Positions 49,289-62,269 of a DNA stretch of 64,000 nucleotides are shown piece after piece. This DNA is from Squalus acanthias (lineage: Eukaryota). The first letter of the stretch is position 1. Each line of letters starts with the position of its first letter. A program made the position numbers and the translations under genes. The DNA is taken from the NCBI GenBank assembly GCA_030390025.1, contig CM059432.1, positions 128,838,001-128,902,000 on the forward strand, in the 5' to 3' direction. A model generated the notes under the pieces. The model saw only the letters and a list, made by a program, of their open reading frames with translations. It had not been told where the DNA came from and did not search any database.

Positions 49289-49983
49289 GGGGTAGAACTT
49301 GGTTTGCGTCCTTAAACAGGCGCCGGGAGCGATCCCTGCACCGCAACAGGTAGGCCCGAGGCCCGATTGACATTGGGCCTCGAGCCTCATTTTAAAGGGT
49401 CAGCGTGCTGCGAACGCCTGCTGCGTGTCCCCAGGTGGCTCACCATTGAAGCGAATATTAATGTCGGGCAGCTGCGATGCCGGCAGCAGCCCTCAGGTAG
49501 GTCCTGGGGGGGTGGGGCGATTGGAAGGGGGGCGAGCACGGGATGACAGCGGCCCGCAATATTGTTGTGGAGGCAGGAGGAGGACTCCTGCTGGCTCCAC
49601 ATTATGGTAAGTTAAAAAATTTCCAAGACAAAAACTTCCTCAATCTTCCGCGGCCTCCAGCGGGCCCTTTAAGCGCCGCTGGTTAGACCGCTGTAGAACT
49701 GCATAAACTAGTCAGACCTTGCGGGGGCCAAGCTCCACCTAGTTTTTGACCAATTTGGGAAAGGGGTCCTAAAACAGGCGTTAGGCCACTTTTTAGCATA
49801 TTCAAGGGGTCTAATGCTTGTTTTGGGCTGATGCACAGGGATGCCTCGAGAGCGCCCAAATCAATAAGGTGTTGGATGTGTTTCTGACGCTGTTCGGGCA
49901 CAGGAGGTTGACCCCCTAAATTGGACCTCAGTGCCCCCATTTTCCACCCAGAAAACAGGATCAACAAGATCCAATTTTGCCCT
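49289..49983. mobile_element. Probable Harbinger-type MITE
   Basis: GGGGTAGAACTTGG / CCAATTTTGCCCT ends around a CpG-rich block. Confidence 0.5.
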
Positions 49984-50291
49984 CTACTGTTTTTGAGTAG
50001 CTCTGAACAAGAGAACCCTGGTTACAACCCAAACAGCCAGAATAGTCAAGTTTGGGAGAAGGTGTTAATTAACATTAAAGCTTTTTACCAGGCTCACCTT
50101 TATTATGCACTATGATACAGTTTGCAATGTACATCTAACCAGTGTAGATATTTCAATGCAAAACTTGAAGAAAAACACTCCAGGAGATGCGAGTTCAGCA
50201 ACATGTTTTATTCTGGAAGTGTAAACCTGTCTGCATTTTCTGTGGCAATATTGAGGCTCATGAGATAACAGTGATGGTTTGTGCTGTAGGG

Positions 50292-50595
50292 TACAATACT
50301 GAGGGAGTGCTGCACTGTCGGAGGTGCCGTCTTTTGAAAGAGCTGTTAAACCTCTCAGGTGGACGTAAAAGATCCCATGGCATTATTTCGAAGAAGAGCA
50401 AAGGAATTCTCCCCAGTGTCCTGGCCAATACTTACCCTTCAACCAACATCACTAAAAACAGGTTGTGTGCAAATTGGCTCTCCCATTTCCTACATTACAA
50501 CAGTGACTACATTTCAAAAAGTACTTCATTGGTTGTAAAGCACTTTGGGATGTCCTGATGTCGTGAAAGGCGCTATATAAATGCAAGTCTTTCAT
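50292..50595 (+). mobile_element. 5'-truncated DeuSINE
   Basis: TACTGAGGGAGTGCTGCACTGTCGG...CAGGTGGACGTAAAAGATCCCATGGC...GGCGCTATATAAATGCAAG. Confidence 0.85.
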
Positions 50596-51053
50596 TTTTT
50601 TATTGCAATTAACAATTGAGCTACCAGGGGTTGTGTATTTTTCTCTTAGTTTTCACTTGGATGTTAAAATACGCACTGTAATGTATTATCACATGGTTTA
50701 ATATGAGCATGCTCAGTTCACTCTGGCCTAATAAAGCAAGCACATGGACTAGCAACTCATCATGTCTCTGTCCTTCATTCTACCCACATATATTACACGT
50801 ACTAGCATTGTCATTTCCCTGATCACATCACTGCACACAGCTTTGCTCAGAAAACTAGTCTAAAGTGTAGTCTCGAGTCTTGCAAAACTCTATCAGGCAG
50901 TGAGGACCACGATTTATGTGATTATCTATGTGTCATTGTTGAGGCAATTGTGCTTATAGTGCTATATATACTTGATTTTTGTTGGTTGTAATAATTGCCT
51001 CAGTAAACAATTAAAATTTAGTGCACTATTAGTCAAACTCCACAATACTAACT

Positions 51054-51440
51054 TTTTTCTTATTCGTTCATGGGATGTGGGCGTCACCAGCTAGGCCAGC
51101 ATTTATTGCCCATCCCTAATTGCTCTTGAGATGGCGGTGGTGAGCCGCCATTTCAGAGGGCAGTTAAGAGTCAACCACATTGCTGTGGGTCTGGAGTCAC
51201 ATATAGGCCAGACCGGGTAAGGACGGCAGATTTCCTTCCCTAAAGGACATTAGTGAACCAGATGGGTTTTTACAACAATCCGATAGTTTCATGGTCACTA
51301 GCTCTTTATTCTGGATTTTTCTTTAATTAACTGAACTTAAATTCCCCAACTGCCATGGTGGGATTTGAACTAACACGTCACATTAGTCCAGGCCTCTGGA
51401 TAACTAGTCCAGTAACATAACCACTATGCTACCGTACCCG
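51054..51440 (-). mobile_element. tRNA-derived SINE with CR1-group LINE tail
   Basis: Head GGTAGCATAGTGG...GTTCAAATCCC; tail TAGGGATGGGCAATAAATGC...CCCACATCCCATGAACGAATAAGAAAAAA; TSD TAACT. Confidence 0.8.
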
Positions 51441-52727
51441 TAACTATACCCTGCGAAGCTATTCAAACTGCTTCTGTACTTATAAAATGGTTAAAGTAAA
51501 AGAACTTCAAACAAAATGGAAATGCTCGATTTCTGTGTTGTGTTTTCCTAAAACTGAAGAGAGCATTTTGGTAAAGGTACCAGCTGGAGATTGGTCTTAT
51601 GTGTGAAACTGTTCTTCCTAGCTCTGTACACTGTTAAATTTTGAAGTGAACTTTTCTATGGGGCTACTCAGTGACTAATATTTGTCTAAGAGTAATTGGT
51701 CCCTGGAGCTAGTTTCTAGTAGGCTGTACAGTGGACAGAACACAGGTAATAGACTTTTCAATAGTTCCAGTATGTCACAGGACAAGATGAAGCAATCTTT
51801 TACGATAGGCCTGTTCAACATGAGATCTGGTGAATACAAATAATCAGCATATATTGATCAATGTACCTGCCTGGATGACTTTATGACTAAAATAGGCAAT
51901 AGAAAGTACTGGAATGTTTTAACTAGTGACGTTTTTGGGTTATAATAAATGTTTCAACATGTTTAATGATCGAAAAGGGGATCCCAAGCTGAAGAAGCAC
52001 TTGATAGTATATGCCTCAGGCTTTAATTAACTCTCACCCATTCTGGCATAAAGCATTCAAAGAGAAAGACAATTATATTAATTTATATGCAAAATTAATC
52101 CACCCACGTTTAATTTGTAGACTCAATAAATTGATAAAATAATCTGTAAAAGCAAAAAATATGAAGTGCAGTGCAATTTGATTTCCACGAAAAACATTCC
52201 AGTATTTTTCCATTGTATTCCAGGAAACTCCAGTCGTTCTAGTGTAGAGTAAGGAGGACATGCTGGAGCATAACCAAAATGAGAGCTACATTTTGTTCAG
52301 AGAGCTACAGTAATTCATTTCAAACTAGCGCTGTAAGCGATCATCAAGCTATACACACTTGGAGCAATGACCAATTAATCATGGAGCCTCGTACCTCATT
52401 CAGATACGTTTTATTCTCTTGAGATGTATTACGGTTAATTAATAACAATAATTTGTACAATACTAGCAAGATTACGGCTCCTCGCCCAAGAACAATAAAA
52501 CCCAGTCGGTGATGCCCCTTCACCAGTACTATCATGACAAGCACCCCAGGAAAACACCATTGTTTAGATTGTAAAACCCCCAAGAACAAAACAGGACTCT
52601 TCAGACCTTCTTCCCATTGCAATACCGTACAGACTTTGAGGCCTCCAGTACAGCACAAACAAGACTGTGTGAGGCCTCTCAGCGAGCAGCACTATTCCTA
52701 ACAAACACTTGCGCTTTTTAAAATATT

Positions 52728-53495
52728 GGCCTGGAAATTGCGGTCGGAGGCTTGCTGCCCGTGTACGCTTCCGAACCGCAAGAAAACTCCGTACTTACCT
52801 GATGTCTCCGGAGCTTCATACTCTTGCGGTCCTGGGCCTGCAGGCGTACGCTTGCGTAAAGGCCCGCGTATCCCAGGGGCGCATGTGGTTCACAAGCATC
52901 CCTGGGATCACATGGGCCAGCCCAACCAATGACAAAGGGGGATTCGCATTATGCTTATGGGGATTCCATTTACGTACGGAATCCCCCTGAGCATAATAGA
53001 AATCACTTAATAGATAACATTTCACAGCACTGAAATAAAAATAAATGATCACACGTTCAAAATTAATTAAAATACCATTTAATTAAACATTTAAAATAAA
53101 AATTCAATCTTTTGAAAATTAAATTTAAACATTTTTAATCGGGACAAAATTGACCTAACCCAATTTTAAATGTAAGTGAATGTTTAAATCATTAAAAAAA
53201 AATTATTTTAACATTTATTTAAACTCTTACACTGGTAAAAGAAGGCCTTACACCTGCTGTTACCAGGCGTAAGGGTTTGGTGGGTATTCGCAGGACAGTA
53301 GTTGGGCAAATAGCCCAACCCTGCGCCAGCGAAAGTGAATTTCCAACGGATGGGTACCATCTGTCAAGGAGAAAGTTGACAGATCGCAAGTTCCGGGTTT
53401 TCTCGCACTCGCATCGCATGCGAAAACCCGGAACTTGCGGGGAGCTTACGATGGCGTACGGGCGTACGCGTCATAGGCCCAGTAAAATCCGGGCC
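52728..53495. mobile_element. Harbinger-type MITE
   Basis: TIRs GGCCTGGAAATT / AAAATCCGGGCC, TSD ATT, and GCGTACG motifs near both ends. Confidence 0.85.
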
Positions 53496-53498
53496 ATT

Positions 53499-55150
53499 TA
53501 TTCTTGGGATGTGGGCGTTGCTGGCAAGGCTGGCATTTACGGTTCATAAGAACATAAGAACATAAGAAATAGGAGCAGGAGTAGGCCAATCGGCCCTTCG
53601 AGCCTGCTCCGCCATTCAATAAGATCATGGCTGATCTGATCCTCACCTCAAATCTAAAGAACACAGGAAGTAGGAGCAGGACCCGGCCACTCAGCCCCTG
53701 GGCCCGCTACGCCACCCACAGGGCCTCGACCGATCCGAACTCAGCCTCATGTCCAATTTCCTGCCCGCTCCCCGTAACCCCTAATTCCCTTTACTTCTAG
53801 GAAACTGTCTATTTCTGTTTTAAATTTATTTAATGATGTAACTTCCACAGCTTCCTGGGGCAGCAAATTCCACAGACCTACTACCCTCTGAGTGAAGAAG
53901 TTTCTCCTCATCTCAGTTTTGAAAGAGCAGCCCCTTATTCTAAGATTATGCCCCCTAGTTCTAGTTTCACCCATCCTTGGGAACATCCTTACCGCATCCA
54001 CCCGATCAAGCCCCTTCACAATCTTATATGTTTCAATAAGATCGCCTCTCATTCTTCTGAACTCCAATGAGTAGAGTCCCAATCTACTCAACCTCTCCTC
54101 GTATGTCCACCCCCTCATCCCGGGGATTAACCGAGTGAACCTTCTTTGTACTGCCTCGAGAGCAAGTATGTCTTTTCTTAAGTATGGATACCAAAACTGT
54201 ATGCAGTATTCCAGATGCGGTCTCACCAATACCTTATATAACTGCAGCATTTCATAATAACAGTTCATCCCCAGTTGCCCTTGAGAAGGTGGTTGTGGGC
54301 CTTCTTCTCGAACCGCTGCAGTCCCTGTGGTGCAGGTATTCCCAACAATGCTGTTAGGTAGGATGTTCTGGGATTTTCACCCAGTGCCGATGAAGGAATG
54401 GCGATAAATGTCCAAGGTGGGATTGTGTGTCTTGGAGAGAAACTTGGAGGTGATGGTGTTCCCATGCACCTGCTGCCTTTGTCCTTCTAGGTGGTGTATG
54501 CTACGGGTTTGGGAGATGCTGATGAAGAAGCCTTGGCGAGTTGCTGCAGTGCATCTTGTAGATGGTACACACTGTAGCCACGGTGCGTCAGTGGTGGAGG
54601 GAGTGAATGTTTAAGAAGATTGATGGGCTGTCAATTAAGTGCCCCGGATGGTGTTGAGCTTCTTGAGTGTTGTTCCAGCTGCACTCATCCAGGCAAGTGG
54701 AGAGTATTCCATCACACTCCTGACTTGTGCCTTGTGCCTCTGGCAAAGAAGATGGTCCGCTATTGTGGTATGTAATCGCAAAAGCTTTTTCAGCTATGTC
54801 AGGAGTCAGAAGACCATTAAGAATTGTATAAGGCATGAAAGGATACTGTAGGGCTGACTCGTACTGATTCTCAGGCTATGGCAGAGCAGCTACTTGACTA
54901 TTTTGCATCAGTCTATACCCCTGTAGATGATGCTTATATTCCAGATGGGGGGTGCTCTGTATTGAATAGTATTATTAATATTAAAATAGATGGAGGTAGT
55001 CATTGCCTGGCAGTTGTGTGGCATGAATGTTACTTGCCACTTATTAGCCCAAGTCTGGATATTGTCTAGGTCTTCCTGCATGCGGGCATACACTGCTTCA
55101 TTATTTGGGGAATTAAGATTGGAGCTGAACACTGTGCAACCATCAGCAAC
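53499..55150 (-). mobile_element. CR1-group LINE 3' portion (host of the CR1 insertion at 53548-54259)
   Basis: Tail at 53499-53547 continues at ~54262. ORF2 remnant NEAVYARMQEDLDNIQTWANKWQVTF matches 38570-38650. Confidence 0.8.
53548..54259 (-). mobile_element. 5'-truncated CR1 LINE
   Basis: ORF LYKVLVRPHLEYCIQFW...RRMRGDLIETYKI...GYGERAGNW, (CTTATGTT)n tail, and probable TSD AC[G/A]GTTCAT. Confidence 0.92.
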
Positions 55151-55159
55151 ACTTCCGAC

Positions 55160-57075
55160 TTTTTATATAGCCTCTAAATGTGGCAAAATATCGCAAAGTG
55201 CTTTACAAAGAAGAAGCGCACACTGAGCAGGACCTTAGGAGGAGCGTTAAGAGCAGTGACCAAAAATATGGTTGAAGAGGTAACTTTTGAGGAGTCTTTT
55301 GAAAGTGTAGAAAGATGCGGTGAGTCGAAGGGCTTGAGGAAAAGTGTTTGAGTTCTAGAGCATGATGGATGAAGGCCCTGTCACCATTAGATGGAGTGGA
55401 GGGAAGGGGAACTGTACAGTTTCAGTCTGAGTCTGATGAGCAAAGTGGGTGAGTAGAGATGCAGGGGTGGAAAAGGTTGCAGAGGTTAGATAAGGCATGG
55501 CTGTGGAGGAATTCATAGAGAAGCATGACGATCTTGAAATCAGTGCTCTGGAGAGCCAGTGAAGTTTGGCAAGCACATGGGAATTAGTGTGACAAGGTGT
55601 TGGTGGCAGAACACTGGATGAGTGAGAGTTTGTATAGCGTGGAGTTCAGGAAGGAGGTGAGGAAAGTGTTAGCGAAATTTAGCCTAGAGGTGACTACAGC
55701 ATGAATGAGTGTTGTGGTAAGCTGGGGATGGAGGAAGCTGGGAAGGGGGTTGGAGTTAGGGGCTATGCTACAAAGGTTTCTGCCAAAAGGAATTGTTTTG
55801 ATCTTCTCAATGTTGATCTGAGGAAATGTTCAGCTCATCATGACTTAATGTTGGACAGGGAGTTGGTTAACGCAGAAAAAGTCACTGGTTTGCTGGTGTT
55901 TACAGGGAGGTAAAGCTGACCCTATGCTTGCAGATGATGATGCTGAGAAGCAGCAAATAGATGAGGAATAAGAGGGGGTCAAGGATGGAATCTTGGAGCA
56001 TACTGGAGGTGATCATGTGGGCCTGAGAGGAGAAGACATTGCCAGAAATGTGCTAGCTATGGTGGAATAGATAGGAACAGAACATTAATAAGGCTGTGCC
56101 ACGGAGGTGGACCACAGAAAAAAGACAATAGAAGAGGGTGAAGGACCATGTGGAAAGCCAGAGGGAGTTTGAGAGGACAAGGAGATATAAAGCAGCACAG
56201 GAACAGGCGCACAGAATATCTGTGATGGCTTTGACTAGAACAGCCTAGGTGCTGTGTGTGGGGAGGAAACCAAACTGAAAAGATTTAAACAGGAAGGAAT
56301 GGGAGAAAGTTGGTTCGTGGCAGCACACTCGGAAGATGAGGTCAGAGATAAAGCATTGGTTTGAAAAGACTGAGGGGGTCTAAGATGGGGTTTTTAAGGA
56401 GGGGAATGATGACAGTAGTTTTCAAGGCAGGGAGAATGCCAGAGGATAGGGAGCAGCTGGTGATGTCAGTCAGGGTTGGGCTGAAGGAGTAGTTGAGTAA
56501 TCAAGAGTTGAGCTGAGGGAAGTGGAGAGGGAGCAGGTGATGAGCCTCAAGCAGGAGCTGAGACTGATGTGAGCTAAAAGGGAGATGAGGAGCCAACTGC
56601 AGAGTATACGGGGTGTGACTGAGGCACAGGCGCGATCAGGAACAATTTAGTCCTTGCACTTAGTGATAGAGATAAGGATGGAAGAGCTGGGGATGGCAAG
56701 TTAAAGGAGGCAGTTTGTGATGGAGGAAGTGAGTTTGGAGTTGTCTTTGCCCTCCAAGATCTTCCTGGAGTAGTAGAAGCTGAACGGAAAAGACGATATT
56801 ATTTGAGGTAGTTGAGCCAGATCTGGCTGTGAATGACATGATTAATTGGATGCCATGAGGCTTTCAGATTTGAGGTTGCGATGGCTGTACTTTTTTTCAT
56901 ACCAGGCATATGATCATGGCTGGAGATTGAGAGGGACCTGGTTGGGACAAGGGCACTGAAGGCAGAACCGAAGGGTAGAGAGATTGGTGGTGGCCAGGAT
57001 AATGTAAATGGAAAAGAAGGTGAAGGAGTGATCGAAAATGGTCTTGTCAGTAATCTAGACTGTGAGAGCTCTGCT
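55160..57075 (-). mobile_element. Old, highly decayed L2 LINE
   Basis: MLAKLHWL motif, L2-like 3' end at ~55160, and a purine-rich plus strand typical of antisense L2 ORF2. Confidence 0.65.
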
Positions 57076-57479
57076 CCATATAAAACTAAACAGTTGATAA
57101 GATCCCTTTCCCTGTACAGCAGTAAGACTACCTCCCCAATAAAGCATTATCCAAACTGACACCTCAACAGCCAATTTTCTGAAAGTGGCTACAGTGGGGT
57201 TGGGCTGACCCATGAGGCAGGCTCAGGTGCAGCGGCAATGCAGAAAGTGGGTGCGTTGTGACAGGAGACCCTCCCTATTATTTGAAAAGGCTACTGTCAT
57301 ATGACAACATTGCCTGAAGCCCTTTGCCTGTAGCGTACTTGGCTAGATGGGTGTAAAATTTAGTGAAGTAGCAGCTCTGACAGACTGCCAGTTTGCCATA
57401 AAATAGGAAGTGGCAGAAAGGTAGATGAATTGCTCACAATGGCACAGCAGAGACATGTAGGTAACAATGCTATCCTTTG

Positions 57480-58640
57480 AAGCTGAAGAGTTTTGGTGCA
57501 TCACAAGGTAACTTGGAAGTGTTACTAAAGGCAGTTTTAGCTTTTCAATGCAAACAGTTGGTATCCTTGCAGTTTCCAGCAAAGTCTCCTTTAGAGTCTC
57601 TGTCATGCAACGCAAAATTCATGTGCTCAGAAGATTCTTTCTCTGCTCTAACCCATGCCCCTACTGCAGGAAATGCACCGAATGTTGCTGGCTCTCTATG
57701 GGGCTGAAGGTCACCCTCTTGTGAAAGCACAGGTGCAAGCTGTAAGGAGGGAGGTGGCTAAACAATCAATGTTCCTGGTTGTGAATGAGGAAGCGATTTG
57801 CTGGTATCAGGAGGTAGGCAAAGATGAATGTGCTCCTCACCCTTGCTTACATTTCGTGTGGGGCCCATCAAGCATGGCAGAAGTTCGGAATCACTGCACC
57901 CTCTGGGAGGTTCGGTTTCAAACACTGCATATAGTCCCTCTGCACACACTTGGTCATTGTGCCAAAGCTGGACATCTCACTTTTCTTGCAGGTGGAGGTA
58001 GCAGCTACTGCTGTTAGGTGGTTTCTCACTGGGGTCAGCAGTCGTAGATGCAATGGAAGCCCTGCTCTCCTAAGCGCCATTTCCCCTCCCTCCCCCTCCA
58101 TCCAGAGTGTTTCATCTCTTTGAAAAATTATGGGCCCTAAGAACTGCTACTTAATGAAGACATCATGGTTGTGCCTTCTGTAGTCGTATATTACATTAAT
58201 GCAAACATCTCTGCTCTCGGAGGGCATCACATTGATGTAAGAAGCCCTGATGCTCACATGAGTACCATGTGCAGCTCTTTTTACTCGAGAATCCAGTGAA
58301 AGCTGTGTGTTCGATCCAGCTGATGCTGCTTTCCACAAGAAAAATGAAGGAATTGCTGTCCCCCTGCAAACATAGTGATTGCCACTTCCCTCTTACATGC
58401 GTGCAATGTAGATTGGCTCATATGGCAGATGTCCTCAGGATGGAAGGATGTGGTAACATGAAAGCCTCCTGCTGTGGTGAGCTTGACTCCTACAGGAACA
58501 GCCGCCCCTGATCCAGATGCCGCATGCAGATCACTGTGCAGCAGATGGCACAGCTCTGTGGTAGCCCGTCTTGTGAAATGGTGGCACCAAAGGCAGAACT
58601 CCTCTGACATATCCAGATGCAGATCCGAAGGGGAGTGATC
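57480..58640 (-). pseudogene. Ancient Harbinger relic: transposase (-) with possible Myb-like remnant (+)
   Basis: Minus strand: LDMSEEFC...FTR...TELCHLLHSDL...VPVGVKLT...DICHMSQS and LLTPVRN. Plus strand: NLEVLLKAV and QAVRREVAK. Confidence 0.7.
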
Positions 58641-59975
58641 AAACCCAACTACAGCATGGAGCAAAATACAGCAAAGGGAGCGTGAAACCACAAAATAAAA
58701 AACAGGAAAAAAAATTCTTCCCAAAAATTCATTGTCATTTAGTTTGAAGAAACTTACTTCAACAGGCGAGTTCCTGGGACTCTGGTTGCACCCAGCGTTA
58801 ATGGGCCAGGCTCACCCTGTGGGCGGGGGCCTTGCTCAAACCTGTAAAATTAATTGGTCCAAACATTTATATTGATTTGGAATATTTAAGTAAGGCCATG
58901 CAGGCCAGTAGTGTGGCCTCATTATTTGGCCCCAAATTGCACCTCATAAAGTTGTGCGGACCGTGAACCAAGCACACGAGATCGTGCAGCTGATCTTACA
59001 AGCTCTGATATTTCGCATTTCGTACAGGACAGGAATGCTTTAACAAAACACGGCTCAGACACAACTATATACTATCGTCTGTTCTCAAAAACTTGGATTT
59101 TATACTGCTGAGTGGTTAATCTCACATCTACTGCTTTGTCTATTTTCCACTTCTGGCAGCTAACGCCAATTAGAACATTCTAGTCATTGCTGAGCACTAT
59201 CCTATCGGTATCGGCCTGACTCCACCATGTATCCTCTATGACATGCAAAGTGGGGCGGGTTGCACTGATAGGAAACATGGTCTATGAAAAGTAACTGGTA
59301 AGGGATCCAAGATTTGATGTTAATTTACAGTCAAACAGCAATTTTTCACTCTACAATGTGGAGGACTCGAGGTCGATGTTGCAATGTGATACTCTACTCA
59401 CTGAAATACTACCACAGCAGTTAGACAATCACATCTATCTGGCAAAGTGATAAAGACCTTTTGTAATCAGTGGTGACCAATAATTGGCCAATGATTGAAG
59501 AGCTCATATTTCAATTGCTTCCCCCTTTCACTTGCGGTTTCCATTATTTCTTCCGTCTTCTGCTTTCTCCTTCCATTTTCAAGAGGGGTGTTTTTTGAGC
59601 ACCAGCACAGTTTAATACTGATTAAATAATTAGCACATACTTCCTCTGGACGGGTAAGGTGTCTTTTGCTTAAAATTTCACTTAGATTGATCCATTTCTT
59701 CCTCTTGTTGTTCAATGGTAAGGAATGGTTTCCGTCCTATTCACTATCTGCACGTTAGGACAATGACTAAGAAATATGACTTTTTTAAAAATGTATTTCT
59801 AATTCTGTTTATTTTACCCCATTAGATCCCCACTGCCATCTGCCTCTCCTCCTCCTTCAGTTCACATGGTTTGGTAATTTGCTGACAGGCAGTGAGATTC
59901 TGCAGGCTGGGACAGGTCTGATGTGCTCTACTCCTTACTGGCAGGTCCTCCCATCAGCAGGCTGACCAAGATGTG

Positions 59976-61641
59976 GGGGCAATTTTGCCAGCCCTGGGGA
60001 AGCGGGTTTGGAGTCGGGACTGCCGGGAAAATGGCAGAAACTGGGAGCGGGTATCGAACCTGCCCCCAACCCGCCTCCGTGCCATCTTCCCAGGAGGTGG
60101 TAGTTAACAGGCAGTTAAGAGGATTATCCCCATTTTTCCAACACAAGTGCAGGCTTCCCGACATCGGGAAACCCCGCCAGGGTCGGCGAGGTGGGCAGTG
60201 GGTCTGCGGGGGTGAGAGGGGTCGGAAGGTGCGCTGTGGAGGTGAGTGATGGGTGCAAGTGTGGAGAGGTAAGTATGTGAGGTGAGTGAAAAGTGTTAGA
60301 AAAAGTTTACTTACCTTTGTTTCTTCCTGCAGGCTTCAACAGTTGGGGATCTGGAGGCTCTGGCATCTCCACGGTAGAGATGACAGAATGACTGCTGCAT
60401 TCTCCGATGCAACAGCCATCTGCTTTCTGCTCAGGAAATAGGTTTGGTGAGTCTTGGATACAAGGGGGGAGAAATTCAGTATCGCCCCATTTGGGGCGCA
60501 ATTATCGGCCGGGCGCAAAGATTAGCGCCTGGCGCTAATTATCGCCACCGACTGCAAACTTGACTTTTATCGCCCCTGGAGGTGATTGGAGCGCTAAATC
60601 AGGCGCTTCACACCTGTCTTAAGGCGCAAAGGCCGAGGAGCGAGGCGCTACCTCAGAGCGCTGGCGAAGCTCATGTAAAGTCAGTCAGCAATGGAACACA
60701 CACACAATGGCACGGGCCAGTTCTTAAAGGGGATGGTTAATCTTGCTTTCCATCCACATCCTGCTCATTGCAGCCTTGAATCTCGGCCTGGAGAGACCTG
60801 CACATCAAATGTGCTGGAAAGAACAATGGAGAGTACCAGGCAAAGAGCTCAGAGTGCAGCCCCCACAGTCTCTGCTAAATCGATACAAGGAATGGCAAAT
60901 CAAAATGAACCTGCAAAGTGCTGCTCAGTACCCAAAACTCCTTCACACAACGTTGAATCTCTCCAGAAGTCTCTCCCTCTCTCTCTCAGAATGCGTAGTT
61001 CAAAAATGGCACCAACAATAAAAGGCAGGAAGCGGTCACCTTTAAATAGCACTCCCCCTTTCCCTTCATGACTGCAGAATGCTCCCCTCAACCTGTCGTT
61101 GCTAGCGTCAGGCGGTAAGGCAGGGGGCGCCACTCAATATCCGCTCCGGGGCGATACCGGGGTGTTGCGCACTCGAGTGACGTCATGATCTGCCGGCGCA
61201 GGAGATCATGGCGGTAGTGTTTAGCGCCGCCGCAAAATGTCTAGTTAATTTTGCGAGCGGCGCAAACTTTGCCGCGCCTGGGCGCTAGATGCTTTGCGCC
61301 CCATTAGCGCCCTCTTAAGGCGCTAACGGGAGGCGCAACCAACTGAATTTTTCCCCCAAGGACTCATCAAACAACAGAGAATGTCAGTGTTTGACAGCTT
61401 CTCAAAGCTGTCAAACGATGACAATTCATCTGTCAAAAATTTTTGACAGATGAAATGTCATACACTGACGTTCTCTGTCACCGGCTTTCCCTTAATTGGC
61501 CTGCTAAACTCGCTGGGCGGGCTGAACAATGACAATCCAGGGAAAATAGCGTGGGTTGGCCAGACGTCGATGGAGGCGGGACTAAAACCCGACAAGCAGC
61601 AGTCCCGCCTCCAACGCGCGCCCATTGATAAAATCACCCCC
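59976..61641. mobile_element. Harbinger-type MITE hosting element D
   Basis: GGGGCAATTTT / AAAATCACCCCC ends and possible TSD GTG. Confidence 0.55.
60465..61357 (-). mobile_element. Non-autonomous Harbinger D (same family as C, inverted)
   Basis: TIRs GGGGGAGAAATT / AATTTTTCCCCC and TSD AAG. Colinear reverse complement of 28670-29551. Confidence 0.92.
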
Positions 61642-61785
61642 GTGGGGACAGCTTGTCAATCCAGGTAAATGACAATTAAGACAGGGGGCCCTGATTTTAA
61701 CTGCGGGCCAGTTTTCGGCAGGTGAGTTTTGGCGTCAGTTCAAAAATAACCCGTTGCAGCAAAAAAAAGAGGCCTGGGGTATTTT

Positions 61786-62269
61786 GGCCTAGAAATTGGA
61801 TCTCATCCGAATCGGGGCGCGATCCCAGTGCAGCGCACACTGCGGGCGCCTAATGAGGTAGGACCACGGCAAATTAGGCCTGCCGGCCTCAATTTCTTAT
61901 TGCCAGTAAGCTGCGGACGCCAGTCGCGGCACCAAAGGCAGCTTTCTGGTCCCTTTAAGGACCACTGGTTTGGCTGCTGAGCGGCTGAAGTAACTGAGCG
62001 CTTCATGCACGCCGCAAGCTGCGGCATTCACAAGCCAATTTCTCAAAGGGGGCTGAAACGAAGTGTTAGGCACCCAAATGGCATAGGCAACGGGCTGAAC
62101 GTCAATATTGGGCGCGCGCCCTGAACGTGCACCGAGCAGCCCGATCCAATATGGCGGGTGGCGCACTTCCAGTGCGGAATGAGAGGGTGCACTCCACCCG
62201 CCATATTGGACCCTTAGGCGCCTGTTTTGCGCCTGTAAAATGGCCACAGCACTATCGAATTTTTATACC
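61786..62269. mobile_element. Probable Harbinger-type MITE
   Basis: GGCCTAGAAATT left end, degenerate right end, TSD TTT, CpG-rich. Confidence 0.45.
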
